DNA of 64,000 bases, from NCBI GenBank assembly GCA_049325595.1, contig JBMOLF010000010.1:64001-128000 (forward strand), given 5' to 3'. A model generated the notes under the pieces. It was given only the letters and a program-made list of their open reading frames with translations, did not search any database and had not been told where the DNA came from. This document shows positions 41,137 to 50,180 of the stretch, piece by piece. The position numbers and the translations under genes are program-made. Numbering within the stretch: the stretch's first letter is position 1; the number at the start of each line of letters is the position of its first letter. Origin of the DNA: Candidatus Babelota bacterium. GTDB taxonomy: Bacteria > Babelota > Babeliae > Babelales > Vermiphilaceae.

Positions 41137-41651
41137 TTGGAATTTCCCTTAAAAAAATTTATTAACCTATACTAAGAATAACAAAAGAGATATTCTAATA
41201 GCAATAAATCGCAGGGAAAAGATGAATAAAAAATCTGTAATTTTACATTTATATAAATAATCAAACTTAAGTATTCAAACTAAGACCTACTTCCGAAAAT
41301 AACGTTTGCAGGTTTATTAAGCTCACGGTAAACTCAATTTCGCCGTTCCTGAACATATCTATAAAGTGATGATGTATGTAGTTGATATGGCTGCACTGCA
41401 AAATATAATAGCTTATGGAGCAAAAAAATTAGTTTAAAATTGATTAATTTTTGCACTGCATATTGCATGTAGCGGCTTGTAAAAGAACGTTATGAATGAT
41501 CAATCTGAGTGAGCACACATTATTGCTCAAAAATCTGTGTAATTAGAAATAGATTTTCTTGAGGCGTATCTCTTGGTACCATTAGAGCTACATTATATTT
41601 GTATATATTTTGTATTATGAAATTGTATTTTAAAGGTTTTAAAAAAGATTC

Positions 41652-42509
41652 ATGAAAATTAGATTTTTCCTATTTTTTTATTTGTTATTTTCACAAACCA
41701 GTTATTCCATGGATTTAATGGAAATGTGTGTTAGTGATAGTGATGCGACTACAACAGATATATTTGATAATTTTTCAGATGATTATTTATCTGAAGAAAT
41801 AAGTACGTGTGATATTCCTAAACAACTCAGCGAAATTACTGAAGCATACAACGGTTATTTTACAAACATTTATAATTCTTATGTTTTAGATGCTCAGCAA
41901 ACAGCTACTCAATTTTTTTCAAATAAAATGAATGAGATGATTTGTTGCTCAGCATTGCTCAAGAGTTGCAACCACAATACCAATAAAATTGAGTTATCTC
42001 TTGAACAGATGTCTTGCTCTGAAGAATCTGAATTAGATAATGCCCCATCAAAAAATAATAGCAAAGCTTATGAAACCACATATACCTACGAAGATGATTA
42101 CAAATATCAACCATCACAAGATATAGTTAATGATCCAGTAAAGCTTGAACGGTATGATAGATTTCATACATTGATCAATCTGCGCTATAAAGAAGCAAAA
42201 AAGCTATGTTGTAGCCAATCATTTAAAACGATCAGAGCATTTAAAAAACATGTTACTGAACACCATGTAACCTGTGTTAAACAAAATAATAAAACAATTT
42301 CGCAATATCACTGTAGTGATTCTGTATGTCAGGAATGTCCTTATAAATCGGCTGATGCGGCAATAAGCCATTTTTTACACAAACAAAATCCAAAGTTATT
42401 TTGGTGCCCAGAGTGTCCTTGGAAAATAAAAAGTTATACGGCATTTTACCGCCATTATAATTTTAATTGTCCCACATTAAAAAAATCTTGCACTGCCAAA
42501 ATAAAATAA
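41652..42509 (+). CDS. Secreted zinc-finger protein (paralog 3)
   Basis: Signal peptide, acidic N-region, CCx12Hx3H, Cx4Cx13Hx2H, Cx2Cx12Hx4C. Confidence 0.85.
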   Translation: MKIRFFLFFYLLFSQTSYSMDLMEMCVSDSDATTTDIFDNFSDDYLSEEISTCDIPKQLSEITEAYNGYFTNIYNSYVLDAQQTATQFFSNKMNEMICCSALLKSCNHNTNKIELSLEQMSCSEESELDNAPSKNNSKAYETTYTYEDDYKYQPSQDIVNDPVKLERYDRFHTLINLRYKEAKKLCCSQSFKTIRAFKKHVTEHHVTCVKQNNKTISQYHCSDSVCQECPYKSADAAISHFLHKQNPKLFWCPECPWKIKSYTAFYRHYNFNCPTLKKSCTAKIK

Positions 42510-42524
42510 TTAGAGGTAATTGTT

Positions 42525-43496
42525 TTAGAAATCATTAAAATTCATCTCTTCTAAATAGTTTTGAGATTCATCGTATGAGCATTGATTAAGTTGGTAAGCA
42601 TAATAATTTTCTGGTGATTGTGTTATGTCATTAAGAGCGATTACATTGGGCCTTATACCCGGCTGATATGAAGCGACAATTTTTTGTACAGGTGTTTTTA
42701 GTTGACTGTTTTCTAATTCACTGTTGTAAAGAGCACATTCATTAAGGTAATGATCTTTAAGGATTTTATATTTTTCAAATTTTTCCTTGCATCTAGGACA
42801 AGTAAAAAAAATTTTATCAAAATGTTTTACATAACAGTTTGCTACTGAATCTATTTGCCGGTCGTCACAAAAAGAACAAAATTTATAAGGACAATGATAA
42901 AATCTATCTAGATCACGATTAAACTTAATACATTGTTTTAATTGTTCCCAAGTTTTGATATGCAATTTATTGGGTTGATTAGGATTACCAAAATTTTTTT
43001 CAATTTGTTGATCAATGTATGAATCAAAATATTTTTTATGATCAAAATCATTGCTTTCTAATTTATTACTCTCAATTTCTTGATACGAATTGTTTTGCTC
43101 AACTCTTTTGTTCTCGCTCTCAATTGGCGTTGATTGCTGTAATTGAGCAATTTGTTTATCGTCATTATCATCTTCGATAATGATGATATTGTTGTTCTGA
43201 TTTAATTTGTTACGGCCAGTAAAAAAAATGAGTTTAGGGGTTTTAGGTTGAGTTGGCTTTATAATAATGCGAGGAGTCTTATTACTGGGTTTTTTATCAA
43301 AAAGAATATTATCAGGCTGTGTATTTACACGAATGCGTAAATGTTGATTGCGGTGAGGTTTGTTGTACTTTATGGAAAAATCTGGCTGTTTGCTGGTGTT
43401 ATCCATTGCGTGTATGACAGCATTAATAATAAACAAACAACAAACTCGGTATTGTTTTGATGTTTTGCTTGATTGATTGTTTATATACTGAGCCAT
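42525..43496 (-). CDS. Zinc-finger protein (paralog 4), probably secreted
   Basis: VIHA-MD, N/Q-rich region, Cx4Cx13Cx3H and Cx2Cx12Hx4C. Confidence 0.8.
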   Translation of the reverse strand: MAQYINNQSSKTSKQYRVCCLFIINAVIHAMDNTSKQPDFSIKYNKPHRNQHLRIRVNTQPDNILFDKKPSNKTPRIIIKPTQPKTPKLIFFTGRNKLNQNNNIIIIEDDNDDKQIAQLQQSTPIESENKRVEQNNSYQEIESNKLESNDFDHKKYFDSYIDQQIEKNFGNPNQPNKLHIKTWEQLKQCIKFNRDLDRFYHCPYKFCSFCDDRQIDSVANCYVKHFDKIFFTCPRCKEKFEKYKILKDHYLNECALYNSELENSQLKTPVQKIVASYQPGIRPNVIALNDITQSPENYYAYQLNQCSYDESQNYLEEMNFNDF

Positions 43497-43643
43497 TTCT
43501 ATGCACCATTCATTTTAAATTAATTACTTATTTTTTGAGCATACTATGCTGTTTGAATCCAGTTGCAAATGTTTTTATTTCTATTGATATTTTTTTGATT
43601 TCAAACAGAATAATATAATAAACTTTTTTATGTTTGGATTATT

Positions 43644-44453
43644 ATGTCTTATATAATTGTTGTGGCTTTAATGTATATTGTACAAGCAGCATCTTTGGTA
43701 ATTGCTTGTGATAAACTCAACTCATCAAATGAATTTGAATTTGATTTAGGAATTCTTAACAAATCAGAAGAATTTCCCGTGCAGGAGTGGTATGAGATTC
43801 CTAACAATCAGTTCATTGACTCAAATGGTGCTATTGATCAACCTACTATACAACCAATACCAGTTCCTATGGCAGTATCGAACGATTATTACCAGCAGCT
43901 TGTCTATTCCAATTATCAAATTAATGTTATTGCACCACTCGTGATTCAACAATTAGTAGTTAACAATAATGTTATCTGTTCACCTAATGCCGATAACAAA
44001 CAATGCCATTATAATTTTATACCCTATGATCCTGTTAAAAATATAAGGAAAACTAGGAATACTCATCAAAAGAATAAGTTTACAAAAGTGATAGGTAAAG
44101 CAGCGACATCAAACCCAAATCAAAAAATTACTGATATTAAAAAAATCGTAGAAAAACGATTAAAGCGCATTCCCAAGCAATGCCATAAGACTACTTTTAA
44201 TACTATAAACGAGTTATATCGACATTTAAAACAAGATCATCAAACGCCACTAGGATTTAAATGCGGATATGTAAACACAGATCAAGATGGTAATGAATTA
44301 AATACATGCCAAGAAATTTATTTAACTGAAAATGGATTTAAAAATCATTTCATTACGCATTTATCACCAAATGCTTTTGAATGCCCTGCTTGCGCTTTTC
44401 GTTTCTCTTGTAGAAACAGTTTATATGTTCATTACCAAAATAAACATCTTTAA
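43644..44453 (+). CDS. Secreted C2H2 zinc-finger protein (paralog 5)
   Basis: Hydrophobic N-terminus; three fingers ending in canonical FECPACAFRFSCRNSLYVHYQNKH. Confidence 0.85.
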   Translation: MSYIIVVALMYIVQAASLVIACDKLNSSNEFEFDLGILNKSEEFPVQEWYEIPNNQFIDSNGAIDQPTIQPIPVPMAVSNDYYQQLVYSNYQINVIAPLVIQQLVVNNNVICSPNADNKQCHYNFIPYDPVKNIRKTRNTHQKNKFTKVIGKAATSNPNQKITDIKKIVEKRLKRIPKQCHKTTFNTINELYRHLKQDHQTPLGFKCGYVNTDQDGNELNTCQEIYLTENGFKNHFITHLSPNAFECPACAFRFSCRNSLYVHYQNKHL

Positions 44454-44644
44454 TTTTAAAAATAAAGTTATTCAACATAGAAAATTCATATAAATATTTT
44501 TTCCCTGAGATACTTATTTGTCTAAAGATATTTATTGAATGTTGTATAGGAAAAGAATTATCAATAATAATTGAGTGAGCCTGACACTTTAATAAAAATT
44601 ATTTGTGTTAAAAAGGGGGCTTATTATCTAAAAGGAAGTAAATT

Positions 44645-45205
44645 ATGAATCGAATGGCGACTCTTTTACTTATTTTTTATAGTTATTTGTTATATCCAGT
44701 AGTTACTCCTTTAACTGTTGAGCGGGTTTTTACTGACTTATTGGTTGAAGAAGAAGAATTATTTGTTCGCGCTTTTGTACAAGGTTTTAAAGATATTCCC
44801 CACGACATTTTAAAAATATATGATATTCCTGCGCGTGCACGTTTTGTATTTGAGGACGAGCGCAAACAACTGCATGATAAAACAAAAGAAATTTTCTTCT
44901 TGCGTGCAATAAAAGATAATCAATTAGTAGGATTAATTACCTTTCAAACTTATGGATCTGACCAGATTGTTTATATTCGTGCGTTAGCGGTTGACCCAGC
45001 ACACATGCGTACCGGTGTGGGTACATTTTTGGTAAGTCAATGTAAAGAATTTATACCTAGCGCTAAAGAATTAGTATTAGCAACCCGTAGTTGCAATTAT
45101 GGCGCTATTGCTTTTTACAAAGCGCTTGGCTTTTTCGAGTATGATGAAGTTCCGTATGGTTGGGATCCAACTTTGTTTATTGGTTTGAAATATCAAATTT
45201 ATTAA
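44645..45205 (+). CDS. GNAT acetyltransferase with signal-like N-terminus
   Basis: LAVDPAHMRTGVGTFL, NYGAIAFYKALGF. Confidence 0.9.
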   Translation: MNRMATLLLIFYSYLLYPVVTPLTVERVFTDLLVEEEELFVRAFVQGFKDIPHDILKIYDIPARARFVFEDERKQLHDKTKEIFFLRAIKDNQLVGLITFQTYGSDQIVYIRALAVDPAHMRTGVGTFLVSQCKEFIPSAKELVLATRSCNYGAIAFYKALGFFEYDEVPYGWDPTLFIGLKYQIY

Positions 45206-45524
45206 GCTGTTATTAGAAATAATCATCTTTAAAAAAGTCTGTAAGTTGTTGGTAATTCACGCTAAAAATTTAGTATCAACTAAAATGACGATAGAAGAGA
45301 AATTTTAAATTATAATAGGAGTAAGTATATTAATCTTATTTGTATAGTATAAAAGATCGTAAAGAAATGTTACGATTGAGTTTATTAATGTATCGAGCGT
45401 TGAATATGATTTTTGATGTGTTAAAAACAATTCAAAATTATTGGATAATAAAAATGAAAAAAATTCTTAAGATAATTTGCTCTTGCTTAATGTACATTAT
45501 TGAGGGTTTACTATTTCCTTAAAA

Positions 45525-45956
45525 TTATTCTTCAAATATTTTCTTGCTGCGCATTTTCTTGATTGAGGCACGGCGTGTTTTTTGTTGCAAGCGTGCTTCC
45601 TTTGCAGTTTTAGGCTCTTTAGTCTTAATTCGTTTTTTAGGTACAATTAATGCTTTGCGAACAGTTTCAGCCAATGTATTGAGCGCTGCTTTTTTATTAT
45701 GTTCTTGGCTACGAGAAACGCTACTATGCACAATTAAATCGCCATCCTCTGTTAATCGTGATTGAAGTTTTTCTAATAATCTTGCTTTTTGTTCATCAGA
45801 AAGAGCAGTACTTTTTTTTACATTCCAACGAATGGTAATGCGCGTTTCAGTTTTATTAACATGTTGGCCACCGGCGCCGCCAGAACGACTGGTTGAAATT
45901 TCTAGTTCATGTTCTGGTATTACAACGCCATTTTTTATGGATAGATCGTACTTCAT
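45525..45956 (-). CDS. arfB: Alternative ribosome rescue factor B (peptidyl-tRNA hydrolase)
   Basis: SRSGGAGGQHVNK, RSQEHNK, basic C-tail. Confidence 0.95.
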   Translation of the reverse strand: MKYDLSIKNGVVIPEHELEISTSRSGGAGGQHVNKTETRITIRWNVKKSTALSDEQKARLLEKLQSRLTEDGDLIVHSSVSRSQEHNKKAALNTLAETVRKALIVPKKRIKTKEPKTAKEARLQQKTRRASIKKMRSKKIFEE

Positions 45957-46032
45957 AACATTCCAGTTTTTTAAGAATGATTACTCTTAACAATGATTCT
46001 AGATTAACAGATATTGCATGAGCAATTAAAAC

Positions 46033-47163
46033 TTATGTTCCAAAAAATAAATGAGCTCGCTCTAGTAACCGATCAAACTCATGCTGATTATTGGTGAGTG
46101 AATCTTGACCCCGAATAAACGTAATTCCCAAAATGCCCTCATTTTTTGGTGCAAAATAAAGTAATTCATCGCGCAAATAATTACCTTTTGCTGCTGGCAT
46201 CGTGACTTTAAAATTAATTAAATATTGTAACTGTTCAATTGGCTGCTGTTGCAGAGTAATTAAATGTCCTTGTACGGGAATGAGTCGTAGATCGTTAGTT
46301 AATTTTTTTGCACCAAGACCCGCGCAATTAAAAATAATTGATTCATCAAGATCATCAAATTTTTCGATTTCTTGTTTTACAATTGGTATCCTCAGCTGCT
46401 TGATTAAATACGTAAGTTCATCCATGAGCGCAGCCGGATTTATAAAAAGTGTTTCATATTGGTGTGCCGGATATTTTTTGCCATTACCAAAGTCAATTGT
46501 TATTGTTTGAGGAGGGGTTACGAGTTTATGAGCTACATAAGGCGTAAAACCAGGATCGATATTAATGTCATAATAGGCAGGTAGTAATTTTGGTCCATGA
46601 GTTATAAAAGGATGAGAGCCTTTAATTATTGATAAATAGGTTTGATAAGACTCTATACCCCGTGCATGAAAAATAGCAGTTTCTAGTTCGTTTGATACTT
46701 TACGGGGTCGGGGAAAGAAAAATCCAGCAGCTTTATGTGACGAAATATCCGTTTGCTCTCGAGCAACAATATGCACATTATAGTCTCGGCGTACTAATTC
46801 TATTGCCGTTAACAGGCCATAGCATCCTGCGCCAATTACCGTAATGGCTTGTTTTTTTAGTGAAGGGTGATGAGCAACTTGTTGTTCAAATTGTCGCAGT
46901 GATTCATTTACGCAGCCAAAAAGAAAGGTCCAGCCTGCTCCACCATGACCATAGTTGTGGAAAACAAATTGATTGTTTATTTGCTCGTATGAAATATTGA
47001 ACATGCGCTCGCGGTGGCCACGAATACATATAATTTTTTCTTTAATTGCTTGATCGCTTAATTGAGGTGGAACAAGATTTACTACTTTTGTATACATTTT
47101 CTGAAAGATTAAATTGTGGCAAAATGAAAATTTAATATTAAAATAATATTGTTTAAATGACAA
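46033..47163 (-). CDS. FAD-dependent D-amino acid oxidase-like protein (permuted motif order); start may be 47097
   Basis: HNYGHGGAGWT, VIGAGCYGL, IFNCAGLGA, PVQGHL. Confidence 0.85.
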   Translation of the reverse strand: MSFKQYYFNIKFSFCHNLIFQKMYTKVVNLVPPQLSDQAIKEKIICIRGHRERMFNISYEQINNQFVFHNYGHGGAGWTFLFGCVNESLRQFEQQVAHHPSLKKQAITVIGAGCYGLLTAIELVRRDYNVHIVAREQTDISSHKAAGFFFPRPRKVSNELETAIFHARGIESYQTYLSIIKGSHPFITHGPKLLPAYYDINIDPGFTPYVAHKLVTPPQTITIDFGNGKKYPAHQYETLFINPAALMDELTYLIKQLRIPIVKQEIEKFDDLDESIIFNCAGLGAKKLTNDLRLIPVQGHLITLQQQPIEQLQYLINFKVTMPAAKGNYLRDELLYFAPKNEGILGITFIRGQDSLTNNQHEFDRLLERAHLFFGT

Positions 47164-47194
47164 AATTCAAAAATATATTATTCAAAAGGATATC

Positions 47195-47800
47195 ATGAAA
47201 AGGTTAATTATCATATCGTTATTCTCGTGCTTAGGGTATGCGTCAGAAAACCAGAATATTGCGATCTTTGATTCTATTATCAAAAACGGCTTTACAGAGG
47301 TTCCTGCGTTGCGCCACCAAGTTTTAACGCCTGAAGGACGAGTAGAAATCTTGCGAAACCGAGCGTCTGAGCGGTTAAATCAAATAACCTTTAATCGAGC
47401 TTTAAAAGGTATTACTCCGTATCAGGTAGAAACGAGTCGTTATTATCAAGCGAAGTTAGAAAGTGTTCAAGCTACTTTTATGGTTCCTGAAAGTTCATTA
47501 CTTTATAGCATTAAAAATCATTTTCTTACTCTTGTTGCATCTGGCATCGTAGCTAATGAAATGGCATTGATAAAAGGACATTTAGATGAAGAAAAGGTTA
47601 AAAAATTTGAATATGATCGTCTTCACGATTTATGCTTACTATCATTGCTTCTAAGTGCGGATAAAAATAAATTTAATATTTCTGATCTCTCTGAATTGTT
47701 GCCTATGCTTGAAGAAACTCATCAATCATGGCCGCCGATAAAATTTTTACACCTCGTTAATAAACAGTCTGGCTATAAAACCATAAAAGAGCTGTTGTAG
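47195..47800 (+). CDS. Secreted hypothetical protein
   Basis: AAGGA RBS, signal peptide (GYA). Confidence 0.72.
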   Translation: MKRLIIISLFSCLGYASENQNIAIFDSIIKNGFTEVPALRHQVLTPEGRVEILRNRASERLNQITFNRALKGITPYQVETSRYYQAKLESVQATFMVPESSLLYSIKNHFLTLVASGIVANEMALIKGHLDEEKVKKFEYDRLHDLCLLSLLLSADKNKFNISDLSELLPMLEETHQSWPPIKFLHLVNKQSGYKTIKELL

Positions 47801-47937
47801 CATTGATTAGAGTCTTTAGGATAGGACAATGCAAATCAATGATTAATTTAGATGAATAATCAAGAATCTGATAAGTAAACTTTTTTTCTATTTCTGATAC
47901 GTTTAACAACGTAGTGTTTAATACGAAAGGAAAGTGC

Positions 47938-48384
47938 ATGAAGAAATTATTTATAGGATTATTGCTTTTAACAGTTAGTGTAGTTGCAATACGCTGCAAA
48001 CCATTAATCAAACAAGGAACAACTATGTCATCACGCCAAAAGACTGATTCAGGATTAGAATACGAAATTTTACAAGAAGGTACTGGTGCTAGTCCAAAAC
48101 GAGGACAACATGTTACCGTGCATTATACCGGTTGGTTGCCTTCAAATGGCCCAGAAAAACCCTTTGATAGCAGTGTAAAACGTGGCACACCATTTACCTT
48201 TATTCTTGGTGTTGGCCAAGTAATTAAAGGATGGGACGAAGGTGTTGCTGGTATGAAAGTGGGCGAAAAACGTCGCTTGTACATTCCATCAAAACTTGGC
48301 TACGGTGCATATGGTGCAGGTAATTTAATACCGCCACACTCGGCATTAGTGTTTGATGTTGAGTTACTTGGTATTTCAAATTAA
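47938..48384 (+). CDS. FKBP-type peptidyl-prolyl isomerase with signal peptide
   Basis: VTVHYTGWL, FDSS, GQVIKGWDEG, LVFDVELL. Confidence 0.96.
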   Translation: MKKLFIGLLLLTVSVVAIRCKPLIKQGTTMSSRQKTDSGLEYEILQEGTGASPKRGQHVTVHYTGWLPSNGPEKPFDSSVKRGTPFTFILGVGQVIKGWDEGVAGMKVGEKRRLYIPSKLGYGAYGAGNLIPPHSALVFDVELLGISN

Positions 48385-48397
48385 AGCTTGGTTTATT

Positions 48398-48433
48398 AAA
48401 AAAGTCCTCAGCAACTGCTGGGGATTTTTTTTT
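48398..48433 (+). terminator. Intrinsic terminator
   Basis: GTCCTCAGCA-AC-TGCTGGGGAT then T run. Confidence 0.75.
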
Positions 48434-48435
48434 GC

Positions 48436-48466
48436 TTGACTCTTACGTTGCGTAATACTTTATTCT
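48436..48466 (+). promoter_or_regulatory. MerR-type promoter with 19-bp spacer and dyad
   Basis: TTGACT-19bp-TATTCT with TTACG-TTG-CGTAA in the spacer, directly before a MerR gene. Confidence 0.85.
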
Positions 48467-48499
48467 CTTTTGCATAGTTTAATGGTAAGGAATTTACTA

Positions 48500-49267
48500 A
48501 TGTATTATTCAGTGAGTGAATTGGCAAAAATTTCTGGTGTTAGTATACGCACTCTTCATTATTATGATGAAATTGGATTACTTAAACCTTGTTACATAAA
48601 CGAAGCGGGTTATCGTTTTTATAACCAAAAACAACTCTTACTTTTACAACAAATTTTATTTTACAAAGAACTAGGCTTTGAATTAAAACAAATTAAGACC
48701 ATTCTTACCAATCCAAATTTTGACGTAATCACATCACTAAAATCCCAAAAGCAGCTACTCACTGATAAACGTGCAAAGACAGATCAACTTATCAATACAC
48801 TAGAAAAAACAATTACCCATCTTGAAAGGCAAAAAATCATGCAAGAACACGAACTATTTTGGGGATTTAGTAAAGAGAAGCAAGCGGCTTACGAAAAAGA
48901 AATGATTGAAAAATATGGCCCTGAAATTGAAGAGCATATTAACCAAAGTTATAAAAAAATGAAAAATTGGACTAAGGCTGATTGGGACCAAATAAAACAA
49001 GAAGCTGATAATATTAACAGAGATTTAGTTGTATTATTACTCAACAACGTTTCTGTTGATGATAAACAGGTGCAATTGGTCATTGCCCGACATTATCAAT
49101 GGACTTGCAAATTTTGGCAACCAAATGCACTATCATATGCAGGGCTTGCGGATTTATACACGCAACACCCTGATTTTAAAAAATTATATGATGGTTACCA
49201 CAAAGACTTAGCTGAATATATTGCAACAGCAATGAAATATTTTGCTCATAATAAATTAAGGCAATAA
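48500..49267 (+). CDS. MerR family regulator, TipA/Mta type
   Basis: SVSELAKISGVSIRTLHYYDEIGLL; C-terminal TipAS-like domain (YAGLADLY..HPDF). Confidence 0.95.
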   Translation: MYYSVSELAKISGVSIRTLHYYDEIGLLKPCYINEAGYRFYNQKQLLLLQQILFYKELGFELKQIKTILTNPNFDVITSLKSQKQLLTDKRAKTDQLINTLEKTITHLERQKIMQEHELFWGFSKEKQAAYEKEMIEKYGPEIEEHINQSYKKMKNWTKADWDQIKQEADNINRDLVVLLLNNVSVDDKQVQLVIARHYQWTCKFWQPNALSYAGLADLYTQHPDFKKLYDGYHKDLAEYIATAMKYFAHNKLRQ

Positions 49268-49394
49268 CTTTTAAAACATTTTTTTAAAAAATTACAACAA
49301 TATCTAGCAACAGAATTATCAGTCTATTATAGTGCGACTTAGAATCTTATTTTTTGTTTTATTAAAACTAATTTTTAAAAAAGAGGAGTAAGGC

Positions 49395-50141
49395 ATGAAA
49401 AAGATATTCCACATGTTTATGCTAGTGAGTTTATTGCCTATGCATTGTTTAGCGAGTGAACTAACAGAAACGCGTAGTAAATGCAAAGACTACAAACTTT
49501 TGAAAGTATGTTCGCTGCTTGCAAATTGCGTGAATATTAATGGGACGCTTACTCTTAATGGTACAAACATTAATAATTTAATTAACATATCAAATATTAT
49601 TAGTTCAGGTAGTCCCCTAGTAAATTCATTGGTACCTTTTTCTTCGGGTCTTTTAACATTGGGTGTTGATTTGCCTTTAGGATTACCAACAACAGGTATC
49701 TTACTTGGATTTGGTTCAAGCAATTTAGCAGATTTGGTTGATCCGGGGCTTACCGTTACTAATACTGGATACGCTTTTTCTGTTCCACGTGCAGGTACTT
49801 TGCATGATTTAAGAGTAAGTGTAGATTCTGTTTATGCAATTGGGGCACCTTCTACACCATTTAGTCTTACCTTCACTATTATTGTATCTAGCTGTACGGC
49901 AGGTACATTAACTCCTTATACAGCTACTGCATTAGCAGCTACAGCTACAACAACCGCGCCAGCACAACCCATTACAATATTAACAGCCGGTGGAGCTGGT
50001 TGTGGATCAAGTGCAACATCAATTCCAGTTGCTGCAGGTGACCGTGTTGCATTATTGGTAACCCCAAACATTGCTATTCCAATTACTACTTTAGCAACTC
50101 TCTCATTAAGCGCGGGTGTACTTTATAGTCCTGCTTTATAA
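49395..50141 (+). CDS. Secreted protein with BclB C-terminal-like domain
   Basis: VPFSSG, LLGFGSS, YAFSVPRAGTL, IPVAAGDR, SAGV motifs. Confidence 0.7.
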   Translation: MKKIFHMFMLVSLLPMHCLASELTETRSKCKDYKLLKVCSLLANCVNINGTLTLNGTNINNLINISNIISSGSPLVNSLVPFSSGLLTLGVDLPLGLPTTGILLGFGSSNLADLVDPGLTVTNTGYAFSVPRAGTLHDLRVSVDSVYAIGAPSTPFSLTFTIIVSSCTAGTLTPYTATALAATATTTAPAQPITILTAGGAGCGSSATSIPVAAGDRVALLVTPNIAIPITTLATLSLSAGVLYSPAL

Positions 50142-50147
50142 TAGTTA

Positions 50148-50180
50148 TAAGGATCTCATTACCTTTGAGATCCTTTTTTT
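50148..50180. terminator. Terminator between convergent genes
   Basis: AAGGATCTCA-TTACCTT-TGAGATCCTT then T run. Confidence 0.8.

Larger units (their letters stand above)
35704..41371. mobile_element. Small integrative element at tRNA-Arg 3' end (serine recombinase, TA, rolling-circle Rep, cargo)
   Basis: Recombinase ORF runs into tRNA; Rep and TA inside; putative displaced recombinase C-terminus at 41267-41371; zinc-finger paralogs on both flanks. Confidence 0.75.

Noticed and set aside
41136..41652. Long duplication of the tRNA 3' end as attR
   Set aside because: No convincing match found by eye (GAGCACACA near 41511 is too weak); serine integrases need only a very short core, so the exact crossover is unresolved
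45340..45522. 60 aa ORF in AT-rich intergenic region
   Set aside because: No clear RBS or motif; could be spurious
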